Part shown: positions 22,220 to 35,324 of the stretch, piece by piece
How positions within the stretch are numbered: position 1 is the first letter of the stretch
Layout: each line of letters opens with the position of its first letter
NCBI GenBank assembly: GCA_965287045.1
Contig: OZ336891.1
Location: 38,936,001-39,000,000 of the forward strand
Length of the DNA: 64,000 nt
Reading direction: 5' to 3'
From: Carcharhinus amblyrhynchos
Taxonomy: Eukaryota
Notes under the pieces: generated by a model
What the model saw: only the letters and a program-made list of their open reading frames with translations
What the model was told of the DNA's origin: nothing
Databases searched by the model: none
Made by a program: the position numbers and the translations under genes

Positions 22220-23877
22220 TATGCATAATGGCCAATGAATGATTGTTGGGAGATTGTCCCAAAACTGTAAAATCCCACCTGAGGTCAATGGACCTTTCCA
22301 TTGTCCGCCCTCGCCAGCTCTGACTCCCATGACAGGTGGGATAGTAAAATTCTGGCCCTACATACAAATGTTTGTTTTATTAAATTTGGAAGAACCTTCA
22401 GTAAAGTTTTAATGGCAATTATGCACTATTTTGCCCTACCACAACACTCTGGTGTTACTGTGGCTCAGTGGGCTGCACTCTCACATTTGAGTCAAAACAT
22501 TGTGGGTCCAAGTCCCCATCCAGAACTTAAGCACAAAAATCAAAGCTGATACATTAGTGAATTATAGAGGGAGAGATGCTATCTTTCAGATTAGATGTTA
22601 AACCAAGTCTGACCTATCAGGTGAACATAAAAACTCCATAAAAGGAAATGCAGTTTATATATTACCTGTGTTCTGGCCAATATTTGTCCAACATTACAGA
22701 AACAGATTGTCTGATTGGTGGTCACAAATTGGCTGCTGGGTTTCCTATTACCTCATAACAACATTTCATGTAAAGTGCTTTGGAACAACTTAAGCTGTGA
22801 AAGGAGGTGCATAAATGTAAGCCTTTGCTTTTTTCATTTGAAGATCGAAAAGGAAGATCAATGGAAGAATGCCAGGTCACACTGGCTGCATTAATGTTTT
22901 ATACAGGCCAGTGATAATCTTACCCAAACTCAGGACAGAAGTGTACATTCTCACTGTATCGGTGCATTGGCATTTGTAGAGGCTCCAGTTCTTCTGGGAA
23001 TCTGGGATGCATGCAACCAATGAATACAGCTGAGAGTACCAGCCGCACGCAGCAATCTTGTAAAACACAAATATAATGTGCTACCTGAAGTGCAATTGAT
23101 GGACAAACCATGATTTTTAGGCCCATTGTATAAAGTTAAGGAATCTAATTGCATTTTGGTGCAATTTCCTTTAATAGTGGTACAGTTATAAAGCATTAAT
23201 AAGTACTTTATACAGAGTTACTAAACTGTCAAGCAAAACTTCTATTATGCATGACTTCTTATATTATTATATCTGAAAATCTTTAAAATTTATTGCTTTC
23301 AGGCTTTTCTGTGTAATTTCTACATACAATTTGGATGAATACAAACATACTTCTTGGGCCTGTACTCATTGGAGTTTGGAAGAATGAGAGGCAATCTTAT
23401 TGAGACATAGGATTCTCAAGGGGTTTGACAGGGTAGTTGCAATATTTCTTAAAACCACCGAAGCCATACAGAATCTGCCCAGGCATTTCAGGGCATTTAC
23501 CACACCGATAGCCATTACTGTTTTATGCTTGGCATGTTTGGTGTAGGCCACCAAATCCCTTACGATGTTTTCCAGGAAAACTTTCAGGATCCCATGGACG
23601 TCCCCACCTTACATTTATGCGCAACCCACTGAGCCACAGTAACACCAGAGTGTTGTGAAAGGGCAAAATAGTGCATAATTGCCATTAAAACTTTACTGAA
23701 GGTTCTTCCAAATTTAATAAAACAAACATTTGTATGTAGGGCCAGAATTTTACTGCCCCACCTGTCATGGGAGTCAGAGCTGGCGAGGGCGGACAATGGA
23801 AAGGTCCGTTGACCTCAGGTGGGATTTTACAGTTTTGGGACAATCTCCCAACAACCATTCATTGGCCATTATGTATA
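22220..23877. repeat. Long inverted repeat: 22220-22476 and 23621-23877 (about 257-bp arms, about 1.14-kb spacer)
   Basis: The arms are reverse complements with about 8 mismatches by eye. The ORF track gives nearly the same peptide MSALASSDSHDRW... on both strands. Confidence 0.92.
22455..22830 (+). mobile_element. Old DeuSINE-like (SacSINE1/AmnSINE-type) element
   Basis: tRNA-like head GTGGCTCAGTGGG..GTGGGTCCAAGTCCC, central TCTTTCAGATTAGATGTTAAACC..CTGGCCAATATTT..AAATTGGCTGC, L2-like tail GTAAAGTGCTTTGG..GTGAAAGG..ATAAATGTAAG. Confidence 0.65.
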
Positions 23878-24059
23878 GACAGAATCTTGCACACAGGATC
23901 AGCTCAGAGATGTCCCTGTGGTGAGTCAGGTGGCAAATGACCAGCTTGGTGATATTCTGGATGTTGTCCGTTGTCACTCACCTTTGCCCAGACACTTATT
24001 GCCTTTTTCTCTACCTGACATGATCTGCACAGAGCTGTTACCTTTTGTTGTAGAGTCTA

Positions 24060-24345
24060 AGATCACGTGGCATAATCTCAGAGTATTGGGGTCATCCATT
24101 TAAGACAGAGGGGAGGAGGAATTTTGGCTCTCAGAGGGATTTGAATCTGTGTAATTCATTACTGCAGAGGGCTGAGGAGACTGGGTCATTAAGTATATTC
24201 AAGGCTGAGATGGGAATCAATCAAGGGTTATGGGGATAAGGTGGGAACGTGGAGTTGAGGATTATCACAACAGATTGGTCATTATCTCATTGACTGGTGG
24301 AGAAGACTTGATGTGACAAATAGCCTACTTCCGCTCCTATGTTTT
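24060..24345 (+). mobile_element. CR1 LINE 3' end fragment
   Basis: CATAATCTCAGAGT..TTTAAGACAGAG..GGGTTATGGGGATAAGGTGGG..GCCTACTTCCGCTCCTATG. Confidence 0.75.
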
Positions 24346-24414
24346 ATGGTCTCATTGATGATGAGTGAAGCATTATGAAGATAAAGCATTGCAATATAAA
24401 AAATGCATTCTTAC

Positions 24415-24777
24415 CTTTGCAGCCTTCACAGGTTAGTGCATTATAGTGATACCCTGAAGCTTTGTCCCCACAAACCACACAAAGCTCCTCTTCACCCTTC
24501 ATTCGCAAAGATGAATGGTTGAGTCTAGATCTTTTCATCACAGGTATTGCTGCATCAGCATCACTGGGGCCCAGGTATTGTGGTTTGCTCAGCTCATATG
24601 AGTTAGGTGAATAATGTCCTTCTGGTGAATACTGTGGGTAGTAATTGTGGGTAGAGTACTGTGCTTGTGGTTGGGGTGTCGCCATTGTAGAGAATTGCAT
24701 GCTGGGATACTGACTGTATGGAGTCATCTGCAGATCTGGATCTTGAAGAGGATAGCTGATCGGATCTGTCAGAACCT
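24415..24777 (-). CDS. NR1H5: NR1H5 coding exon 2: A/B domain and first zinc finger, (E)[23 protein letters not shown]...[28 protein letters not shown](G)
   Basis: 363-bp phase 1/1 exon, acceptor ttttttaaatccag|AG, donor AAAG|gtaaga. P-box CEGCKG; GYHYNALTC is typical of NR1H receptors. Confidence 0.96.
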
Positions 24778-24958
24778 CTGGATTTAAAAAAAACTAGAAG
24801 TTATTGTTAAGCAATAAATCTTAACATAAATCTTTTAACAGTTCCAATGAAATTATTCAATTACGCTTAATTTAAAGAATAATTCATTAATTCACATGAA
24901 ATTTTGTCGTAATATAAAGTTTTGGCTGCTATTTATTTTAGAGACAACAAGTGACTGA

Positions 24959-26305
24959 GGGCGGAATTCTCCACATTTGAGACTACGTGTGCTATTGGGA
25001 GGTTCCAACGGCACCTTTTTTCACTCACCAGAATGGGAGATCCAAAGCCAGATTCTGCACTTGGAACCTCATCAACTATACACAGGTGAATTCCCCTCAG
25101 AGACATTTGGTGGGTCAGCAACTGATTCATCTGTTTGCCGTCAGCTGGTCGGTTCAAAGTTCCCACCACCATATTTAAATATTTGTCCAAGGCACTCATG
25201 TCACTCTGTCCAGCCCATGTGTCTTCACCAGATCGTGCACGATGTCAGCAACCGAGAGGGAAAAGGCTAGCAGCCTCAATGGATGGAATTTTACAGCCTC
25301 ACTCAACCTAATACTAGAAAATCTCACCCAAAGTCAACTGACATTTTCATTGTCCACTCCTTGCCCCAATTCCTTGGTGGGCAGGGCAGTAGAATCCTGA
25401 TGACTCAGTCTGATCCTTTATTCTAACCCTTCCTTTCCTGAAGCCCATCACCTCTGAGGCACTATTCCTCACCAAAAACTCTATCCATCACATCTGGAGT
25501 CATTATGAATCCTCTTCCAGTAAATAATGTGGTATCCCTTTGACCCTGTTGTTTATGAGCTTTTCAGTACAGCCTTGTCCAACTTCCTCCCTTTGTTCTT
25601 CTCTCTTCCTTCAATCATTTGTTTTCTTCATCCAGCTCCTTGCTCCTCTGCCTGCCATTGTGCCCTTTCACATGTCACCCCCTACTTTGCACAGCCCTCC
25701 TTCCACAATGCCCTCTTATCATTGTTAGGCCATGCCCCTCCCATCCTGGCCTCACCTTGTATCCCACACTCTGGGCCTTTGTTGCGATGGCAGCTTGATT
25801 CCTGCAGCACAGTCCTGTCCAGATAGACACTGGTGTGTGAAACCAAGAGAATGAAGCCTCTGTACTCCCCTACCCCAAGTATTGTACTAAACCAAGGCAG
25901 TGACACAGGAGGATCCATGGGTCCAGCAGTACAATGCTTTCTCTGGAGACCTGCTGGGCATGGAGATGGAGTGTAAGAGTAAGATGTCCTCAGCAGAGTG
26001 GTGTACAGTACATCAGGAGCAGCACAACACTTTGAGGGAAAAGTTATTGCACTCATCTCAAAGTCTCTTGCCAACGGAGAACCATCTTTAGCAAATGGTC
26101 TTTGATCAATGTAATTCCAAGCAGGTGTGGTGCAATATTGAAAGACCTGATGGGACACCAGAAGGTAGCTGTTTTAATGAGCATTCATGAGATACAAATT
26201 ATGTTCATGCCACCAGCCATTGGCGGGTTTCCAACTTTCTGTTGGAAGATTTTCTGTTCCCATCCACTACCAAACATCTGCAGGCAGGATGGGAGAATTC
26301 TGCCT
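24959..26305. mobile_element. Non-autonomous TIR element (Harbinger-type, about 1.35 kb) with a nested small MITE at about 25282-25400
   Basis: TIRs GGGCGGAATTCTCC / GGAGAATTCTGCCT, flanked by TGA/TCA. Related copies at 57514-58510 and a fragment at 17830-18100. Confidence 0.7.
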
Positions 26306-27359
26306 TCACTGTTTACCATCCTCCAGTCCAAAAAACAACTATCTCCCATGACTTGCTGTTTTCTGCCCTTCAGCCATTTTTTATCCAATTGACACTCACC
26401 CTCCTATTCCAGGAACCTCAGTTTCTTCTTCACCAAAAAATTAAATTGGATTAGTCAGCTGGAATTCTCCAGCTGTTCAAGCCCCACCACCATTGCCAGT
26501 GAGAAAGGAGAATTTGGAGAATCTCCATTCGTAGAAGCAGGACTGGAGAATTCCAGCCGTGTGTGAGATCGGAGAATTCTGATCAAGTATGATCTGTCTT
26601 TATCCTGGTTGGCTCTGTTTAATTAATTCAAACCTTTCCAAGTGCCTGTTGTACTTTTCCAGATTTCTTTCTCACTATTGATGTTAAGCTAACTGGCCTG
26701 TAGATTTCAAGACTGTCATTACTCGTGCTTGCTTAATTCTCCGCTCCCATCTGGCACCTAACCAGCTGTGGGCATGATGTGAGAATTCTTCCTGTAGTAA
26801 ATATTAACTTGGTAAACAGCCATTATAATAGAGCATGTTTAGTATTATTTCTGAAAAAATGCTGGTGTAGAGTGTCCCCTACAATACAACTGTGGCATTT
26901 CCATTGCAGCATGGTAACGTTATTTGACTAATAATCCAGAGGCCTGGACCAGTGCTCTGGAAACACAAGTTCAAGACAGCTGGAATTTATTAATCAATAA
27001 TTTGAGTAGTGCTGAATAAAAAGGTGTGCTGTTGAAATTTTTGATCGGGCACTCATCAGCAAGAAAACCAATAGCAAAAGGAATAAAATTCTATATTGCG
27101 TGAGAAGAAAGTGCTAATTGCTTGGCAAGTAGACTCTGCTTGGTCGTGGCATTGACATAAAAAATGCACCAGGGAACAGTTAACAATTTCAAACAAGGCA
27201 GGTTGATTCTGATTGATCAAGACATTGCTATGAGGACTGAACCAAAGAATGGCTGTCTCCCAAACTTTTGTTAAGTTGATAAAAAGTACAATCATGGTCA
27301 TGCTCCTTCTTTTAATGAAGGGCAGGGTCCTGTGTGTGAAAATATGTAGCTTTGCATAG

Positions 27360-27635
27360 AGTCATAGAATCATAAAACTCCTACAGCACAGAAAGAGGCC
27401 ATTCTGTACTCAAGTCAGCACCGACAACAATCTCACCCAGGCCCCATCCCCATATCCCTACATATTTTACCCACTAATCCCTCTAACCTATGCATCTCAG
27501 GATACTAAAGGGCAATTTTTTAGAATGGCCAATCAACCTAACCCACATATCTTCAGATTGTGGGAAGAAACCGGAGCACCCAGAGGAAAACCACACAGAC
27601 ATGAGGAGAATGTGCAAATTCCACACAGACAGCTT
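27360..27635 (-). mobile_element. tRNA-derived SINE (HE1-like), 5' truncated
   Basis: Reverse complement has the SINE core CTGTGTGGAATTTGCACATTCTCCTCATGTCTGTGTGG and a CR1-type tail with (CTATGA)-like repeats. Confidence 0.8.
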
Positions 27636-28234
27636 CTAGCATGTGTAAGTTACCCACAATGAAAGCCCAACTGATAATCATAAATTTGTTATCTAGTATA
27701 ATTCTTAGCACAGTCAGGATTGTTGATCAAGTGCTGTCTAATTGCAGACTGACATTTAATATTCAACACTAAGTTTTGAGTTTTGCAAGCACAGACTGGT
27801 TGGGTGTGGACAGTACTTTGCCTATTTTGATTAGTTAAAGGGACATGCTGTTTAATACAATCTGCCAGTCATCGGAATGTATAGCCTACCCTCTTGGCAT
27901 TACATCAGCATTGAAATTCATAGACATGACTCATTTGTGTGATAGGCAGAATGTCCTTTAGGCTTGATAGTACCAGCCCATTAGTGAAGAATGCCAGTTG
28001 TGTTGCTACTGCATGGTGGTAGCTGACTTCACCTGCCGCTGAAATCTTTAAGACACCTTACCCTTCCAGGTAGGCAGATAGACTGGGCACTTTTTAGAAC
28101 TTTAAATGGGGTCCTTAGGCCCATTCATGAGTTTACACAATATATAGTGAGCAATGAGTTGATTGGGTGGTCTTCTCCTACAGAATGGTTATTATACACT
28201 GTATTCAAGCTTCAAGCTTACTTGGTGAGCAAAT

Positions 28235-28592
28235 GGCTCAGGCCTTCTTGACTACCTTCCCCACCTGCATTGCCACTTTCAGTGACGTGGATACCTGTAC
28301 ACCTAAATCCCTTTGCCTATCAATACTCCTAAGGGTTCTGCCATTTACTGTATATTTCCTATCTGTACTTGACCTTCCAAAATGCATTGCCTCACATTTG
28401 TCTGAATTAAACGCCATCTGCCACCTCTCTGCCCAAGTCTCCAACTGATCTATATCCTACTGTATCCTTTGATGGTCCTCATCGCTATCTGCAAATCCAC
28501 TAACCTTTGTGTCATCCACAAACTTACTCATCAATCCAGTTACATTTTCCTCCATATCATTTATATATATTACAAACAGCAAAGGTCCCAGC
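28235..28592 (-). mobile_element. CR1 RT fragment
   Basis: WAERWQMAFNSDKCEAMHFGRS..YTVNGRTL..QRDLGVQV. Same family as 43700-44000. Confidence 0.85.
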
Positions 28593-28594
28593 AG

Positions 28595-30040
28595 TGGTGG
28601 TATTCCCAGGTATCGACTATTCTTGTTCTTCTGGATGGTAATGGTTGAGGGTTTAGAACGAGCTGCCTAAGGAACTTTGGTGAATTCCCCTGCAGTGCAT
28701 ACTGTAGATGGTAGAAGGATTGAATTTTTGTAGAAGGGGTATTAATCAAGCGGAATGATTTGTTCTGGGTGGTGTTCAGTGTTGTTGAAGCTGCATTCAT
28801 CCAGGCAAATGGAGAGTATTCCACTACATTCCTAACTTGTGCCTTGTAGATGGTGGACAGGCTTTGTGGAGCCAGGAGGTGAATCATTTGTTTTAGAATT
28901 CTGAGCCTTTGACCTGCTGAAATAACCACAGGATTTATATGGATAGTCCGCTTCAGTTTCTGGTCAATTGTAACTCCCAAGATATTGGTAATGGGGGATT
29001 CAGCAATCATAAGGTCATTAATGTAAAAGGCGAATGGCTAGATCCTCTCTTGTTGAAGACGGTCATTGCCTGCACTTTTGTGGCATGAATGTTACTTGCC
29101 ACATGTCAGCCTAGCCTGGATATTGTCCAGATCTTACTGCATTTGAACACGGACTGTTTCAGTATCTGAGGAATTGTGAAAGATACTGAACATTGTACAG
29201 TCATTAGTGAACATCCCCTCTTCTGACCTTATGATGGAAGAAAAGTCATTGATGAAGTAATTGAAGATGGATGGGCCTAGGACACTACCCTGAAGGACTC
29301 CTGCAATGATATCTTGGGATTAAGATGACTGACCTTTAATCATCACAATCATCTTCCTTTGCTCCAGATATGACTCTAACCAGCAGAGGATTTTCCCCTT
29401 GATTCCCATTGACTCCAGTTTTGCTAGGCTCCTTGATGCCATACTCGGTCAAATGCTGCCATGATGTCAATGGCAGTCACATTCACCTCAGTGCTAGCTC
29501 TTCTGTTCATGTTTGAATCAAGGCTGTAATGAGGTCAGGAGCTGACTGACCCTGGTTGAACCTAAACTGAGCGTGTAAGCTTGTTATTGCAGAGTAAGTG
29601 TTGCTTTATAGCACTTTCGATGACCCCCTCCTTTCGCTTTACTGATGATTGAGAATAAACTGATGGGGCAGTACTTGGCCGGGTTGGATTTGTTGTTTCT
29701 TGCGTACAAAATATACCTCAGCAATTTTCCACATTACCAAGTAAATGCCAATGCTATAGCTGCACTGAAACAACTTGGCTGGTGACACAAGTCTGGAGCT
29801 CAAGTACTATTGCTGGAATATTGTCAAGGTCCATAATCTTTGCAGTATCCAGTGCTTCAGCCATTTGTTGATATCATGTGGAATGAATCAAATTGGCTGA
29901 AGATTGACATGTGAGATGCTGGAATCCTCAGGAGGAGGCTGAGATGGGTCATTCACCCAGCACTTCCGACTGAAGATTGTTGTGAATGCTTCAGCCTTAT
30001 TTTCTGCACAGATGTGATGGGCTCCTCTAGTTTGAGGATT
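28595..30040 (-). mobile_element. CR1/L2-type LINE RT fragment (same family as 18280-21110)
   Basis: IAESPITNILGVTIDQKL..AGQRLRIL..PQSLSTIYKAQVRNVVEYSP aligns with ORF 20213-20623. Confidence 0.85.
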
Positions 30041-30159
30041 GAATTAGGTCAGGAAAACTGCTGTCTTTATGTAGACTGACCTTCATGTTACTCCAGTCAC
30101 ACAATCATGCCAGCTCACAAATAACCTTAATTGCAAGATAATTCACTGTGCAATGATTA

Positions 30160-30600
30160 TTCCAAGACAACATTAGAGGGATAGACTGGACAACATTTAG
30201 GCCTGGGCTAATAAGTGGCAAGTAACATTTGTGCCACATTGCAGCAATGACCATATCTAACAAGAGAGAATCTAACCATTTCCCCTTGGATATTCAATGG
30301 CATTACCATTGCTGAAACCCCACATCCTAGAGGTTTCAATTGGTCAGAAACCTAACAGAACCAGAAATGTAACTGGGTATAAATACTTTAGCTACAAGAG
30401 CAGGTCAGATTCTTTGGAAAATAACTTATCTACTGACTCCTAAAGGTTTGTCCACCATCTATAAGGCACGAATAATGACGTGATTGAACACTCTCCACTT
30501 GCCTAGATGCCTCAATTGGAGTTTAGAAGAATAAGAGTCAATCTTTTTGAAACATACAAGATCCTGAGGGAACTTGACATGGGGGATGCTGAACTTCCCT
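30160..30600 (+). mobile_element. CR1/L2-type LINE fragment joined to a short CR1 piece
   Basis: GGCCTGGGCTAATAAGTGGCAAGTAACATTTGTGCCACA..TCCACCATCTATAAGGCAC matches 20300-20620. It is followed by LEFRRIRVNLFETYKIL. Confidence 0.7.
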
Positions 30601-33536
30601 GTTTAGAAGGGAGAATGGTTGGAAAATCCATTAGGTTCATTTTTTTCCATCCCACCTATCACAAGAATCGTAGCAGGCACAGGACAGACCATGCAAACGT
30701 CCGTTGACCTCAGGCAGATTTTCAAATCTTGGGACGAGCAGAGCCGAAAAATCCTTCCCACTATTTTGGCTGCCAATCTGGATTAGTTCACTGAACATGG
30801 AATTATATGGTGCAAAAGGATACCATTCACCATCTAGCTTGTCTAGCCTAAGCCTCTCTTGTTCACTGCCCATTCACAATGCAACAACTTTTATTTTGGT
30901 ATTGTTTACACGCCAACCATTAACATTTTGACCCATGTTTCAGCTTGCCAGAAAACTCAGCTATTTTCAGTGGGGTTTTAGATGGTCAATATTAGTTCAG
31001 ATTTTTTTGAATGATGGAACTGAAGTCTGTTAGAAGAAATCAATCAAATGTTACTTTTTTACTGTTTGTTACACATAAATTTTAGTCAGAAATGTTTTTT
31101 GGTGAATTGATGATATCTGAAAGTTATAATTACAAATTTGTTTATTTATAGTTTTTAATCTCCCTGGAGAAGTTATATATCACTGATAAGTTACCAAAAT
31201 ACAGCTGTTAAAACATTTTTAATTTTCCTGAAAGAAACTTACTGGACCATGCACAAGTTTTTTATGCAAAGCTTTATTTAATTTAAAGCTAGTTGCAGCT
31301 TTTTTCTTAGACAACAGGAATGTTCATAGGTGAATGTACTAACCGTCTTTTCGTTCTTTTGTGACTGAACTTATTTCTTATGGTTTGGAAATAAAACAAG
31401 AATGGGGTTGGTGTGGTGATGAATGTTAACTAATTAAAAATAAATTGTGATTCCCCATACTGAGGATTTTACTACATATACTATTTATTTTAATTTATTC
31501 TTAGGATGTAGGTGTCCCTGTCAAGGCCAGCACTTATTACCCATCCCTGTTTACCCTGAGAAGGTGGCGATTCAACTGAAAGTCTTCCTGGGTCATTTCA
31601 GAGGGCACATTGGTGTGGGACTGGACTCAGAATATGAGGTAAGGATGTCAGATTTCCTTCTGTATTTCTGGCTTTCATTCCTGCATACTTTTTTTTTAAT
31701 GATTGTAGTGTGCAAAAAAAATCTCATGTAAGAAAATAAACTATTTGAACTCAAGTGAAAACTCAATAAGGCTCAAAATTACTGATAATTACCGGTGAAT
31801 GCTCATCAGTTTTGTAACTTTCCTTGCTCTGTTGTTTTCACGGAAGGCCTTGTCCCAATTATCTTAAATATCATAGTCCCCTTAAGTAGTGCACTCAGGG
31901 CTCTCATCTGAAAATTCTATTATCACCAACAAAAATTTCTGGCCTTTTAAAAATTCTTGAAATACATAGTAAGTTAGTCAGTGTTTAAAGCAGAAAAGAA
32001 TAGGTTATATGTTCACTAAAAAATTCACCAAAACATAAAAATTTTAAATCGGAACACAGCAAGTCGCTGTTCTTAACTAAGTCAATGTGGGATTATACAA
32101 AACCAGATTTAAAAAGACATAAGTTACCAGATATTAGAACATGAACAATTAACATTTTTACATGAATTTTCTGGTTTAACATTTATTTATTTTAAATGGA
32201 TTAATATGTCTGCTAAAATCATAGGCAAACATGATAAGCAATCATTCCCTTGTATTACATACAGTAACTTCTAGATCATAATCTAACAAATGAGTTAATA
32301 CTAGTGAAAGCTGTTAGCAGAATAAATAAAAAAAGTTTCCAAAATTAATATATTATTATTTAGAAGGATGTTTTCAAACAGAACTGCTGTAATATAGGTT
32401 ATATTACAATAATGCCTATATAACTTGAATCAAAAGTTCACAAGCTTTAGAGTTGGCTGGGCTTTCTTCTGAGTTATAGAATAAAAATAACAATCCACAG
32501 TCCACTCATGAGTCTGGGCTCCTCATGTCATGGAAACATGCTAGAGGTTTGGGGAAAGCTATTCACAAACCTTTAGCTGTAACAGCTGTTTTGTTACAAT
32601 CTGAAGAACCCACTCAGCTGATTGTTTTTAAAGCCAATAATTGTGCAGTTTTCTTTGGGAATGGCACTGCTACCACAGAAACAGAAAGAGCATCTTGCTC
32701 TGCTTTTCAAAGCAGATTTAATTTGTAGTATAGCAGCCTGCCAAAATATTACTGGATTTAACAGAAAACTGCACTTGGAAGGGTGCTACCGTGAAATAAT
32801 TTCAAGAAATTTTGACAAAAATGATTAAACACTTTAAATTAAATCATTAAAAAGGGAATTCACAAAATTGTCTCTCTGAATTTATTTAGTGCCATTCTCT
32901 TTGCCTTCTCATAACCCTGGATATTGTTCCTTTTTCAATAATCTCCAATTCCCTCTTGAATACCTTGATTGAACCTCCCTCCACCATGCTCAGGCAGTGC
33001 ATGTCAGACCTTAACTGCTTACTGTGTGAAAGCTGTTTCTCTCCTCATATCACTTTTGCTTCTTTTGCCAATTATTTCACATCTCTGCTGTCTCATTCTC
33101 AATCATTTCATGAATGAGAATAGCTTTTCTGTGACTACCCTGTCCAAGCTCCTCATGCTTTTTTATACTCATCCAAGTATTCTTTTCTCCAAAGAAAAGA
33201 GTCCCAGCTTCTCCAAACTATCTTCATAACTGAAGTTTCTAATCCCTGGAACCATTCTTGTGAACCTCTTTTGCATTCCCTCCAAAGCCTTTACATTCTT
33301 CCCAAAATATGACACAAGAACCGTATTCAATACTTCAGCTGAAGTTTGACTGGTATTTTATACAAATTAAACATAACCTCCACTCCTGAACTCTATGACA
33401 TGGAGTTCAGGAACAAAGCATGCTTTATTAACTGTTCCCTCAACCTGTCCCGTCATCTTTAATGACTTAAGCACATATACACTGAGGTCTCTTTGCTCAT
33501 GCAATCCCTTTTGAGTTCAGTAGAAGAACATGTTTC

Positions 33537-33686
33537 TACATGAATTTTCTGGTTTAACATTTATTTATTTTAAATGGATTAATATGTCTGCTAAAATCAT
33601 AGGCAAACATGATAAGCAATCATTCCCTTGTATTACATACAGTAACTTCTAGATCATAATCTAACAAATGAGTTAATACTAGTGAA
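33537..33686 (+). repeat. Exact 150-bp direct copy of 32159-32308 inserted inside CR1
   Basis: TACATGAATTTTCTGG...TAATACTAGTGAA occurs at both sites with no differences seen. Confidence 0.93.
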
Positions 33687-34799
33687 CATGTTTCTTCATG
33701 TAGAACATGTTTCTTCATGTTCTTCTACTGAAATGTTTCCCCACATATTGTGCCACATTGAACTTCATCTGCCACCTACTTGCCCATTTCACAAACCTTT
33801 CTATGTCCTTTTAAAGTCCTTCTCACAGTTTACAATGTTTTGAGTTTTCTATTATTCATAAGTTTTGAAATTGTTCCTCGTACACCAAGTTCTAGATCGT
33901 TGATATATATTGAATAAAAAGCAAGGGTCTCAATACTAACCTCTGTGGAACTCCACTAGAAACCTTCATTCAGCCTGAGAATTATGCATTAACCACTATC
34001 TTCTGTTTCCTCTCATTTAGCCAATTTTATATCTATGTTCCTACTATGCCTTCCATCCCATGAGCTGCAGCATTTCTCACAAGTCTGTGACTTTTGGCAG
34101 TCCATGTAAAGTTCATCAACAACATTGCCCTCATCAACCCTCTGTCACCGCATTGCAAAACTCTAGCATCACCCAAAGTCTAAGGATGACTGAAAAATTA
34201 TGGACAATGCCTCCACAATTTCCACTCTCACTTCTTCAGTAGCCCTGGGTGCATCATATCTGACGCCGGTGCTTTGTCAATTTTAAGTAAAGACATTCTA
34301 TCCAATACCTCCTCCTTATTGATTGTAAACCCATTTAATGATTGGATTTCCTCCATTTTCAGCATGGTTTGGGTAGCATCTTCTTCCTTGATAAAACATT
34401 TATGTAATATCTCAGTCATGCCTCTGCCTCCATGTGTAAATTTTCCTATCTATATTCCTCTGGAAGACTTTGGGATTTCCTTTATGTTATTTGTCAATAT
34501 TTTTTCATATTCCTCCTTTGTTTCTCTTATTTGCTTTTACATCTCCTCTCTGAACCTTCTATATTCAGCCTGGTTCTCAATTGTATTTTCTACCTTACAT
34601 CCTGTTATAAACACACTTTTTCTTTTTTATCTCCTTTGTCATTGAGAGAACTCTGGATTTGTTTGCCCTACCTTTCCTTTTTGAGTGAATATACCTTGAC
34701 TGTGCAAGAACCATCTCTTCTTTGAGGGATCTGTTCTTACTCCATTGAAGTTGGCTTTCCCTCAATTGATAATTCTTACACTGGAATAATTGGAATTGA

Positions 34800-35092
34800 G
34801 GCAGCATGTTGGCACAGTAGTGAGAACTGCTGTGTCACAGCACCAGGGATCCGAGTTCAATTCCCACTTTGGGTCATTGTGTGGAGTCTGCACATTCTCC
34901 CCGTGTCTGCATTGGGTTTGCACCACGTGCTTCGGTTTCCTCTCACAGTCTGAAAGAAGTGCTGGTTAGATGCTTTGGCTATGCTAAATTCTCCTTCTGT
35001 ATACCCGAACAGGCACTGGAGTGTGGCGACTTGGGGATTTTCACAGTAACTTCATTGCTGTGTTAATGTGATACCAATAAATAAACTTTAAA
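34800..35092 (+). mobile_element. tRNA-derived SINE
   Basis: Head GGCAGCATGTTGGCACAGTAG, B-box-like GAGTTCAATTCC, tail TTTTCACAGTAACTTCATTGC..AATAAATAAACTTT. Confidence 0.85.
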
Positions 35093-35324
35093 CTGTTCAT
35101 TTTCCTTTTTCATAGTCGGCTCAAATCTTACAATATAATGAACATTGTCCCTGAAATGTTCCACTGACATTTGATCTACTTGGCCCACCTCATTTCCAAG
35201 AACCAGATCTAGCTGTGCCTCATTTCTCATTGGACCGGACAAATATTGCTGCAAAAAATTCTCCTGAACATACTTTAGGAACTCTCACTCTTCTCTGCCA
35301 TTTACACTACCACTATCTCTACGG

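Noticed and set aside
22301-22549. Duplicated ORF MSALASSDSHDRW... as a small gene pair
   Set aside because: It is a by-product of the inverted duplication, uses a non-ATG start and spans MITE and SINE sequence.
24344-24727. ORF-track 127-aa protein as a complete single-exon gene
   Set aside because: It is an internal exon. Homology ends at the gtaaga donor (24414) and extends upstream of the Met to the acceptor at 24777.
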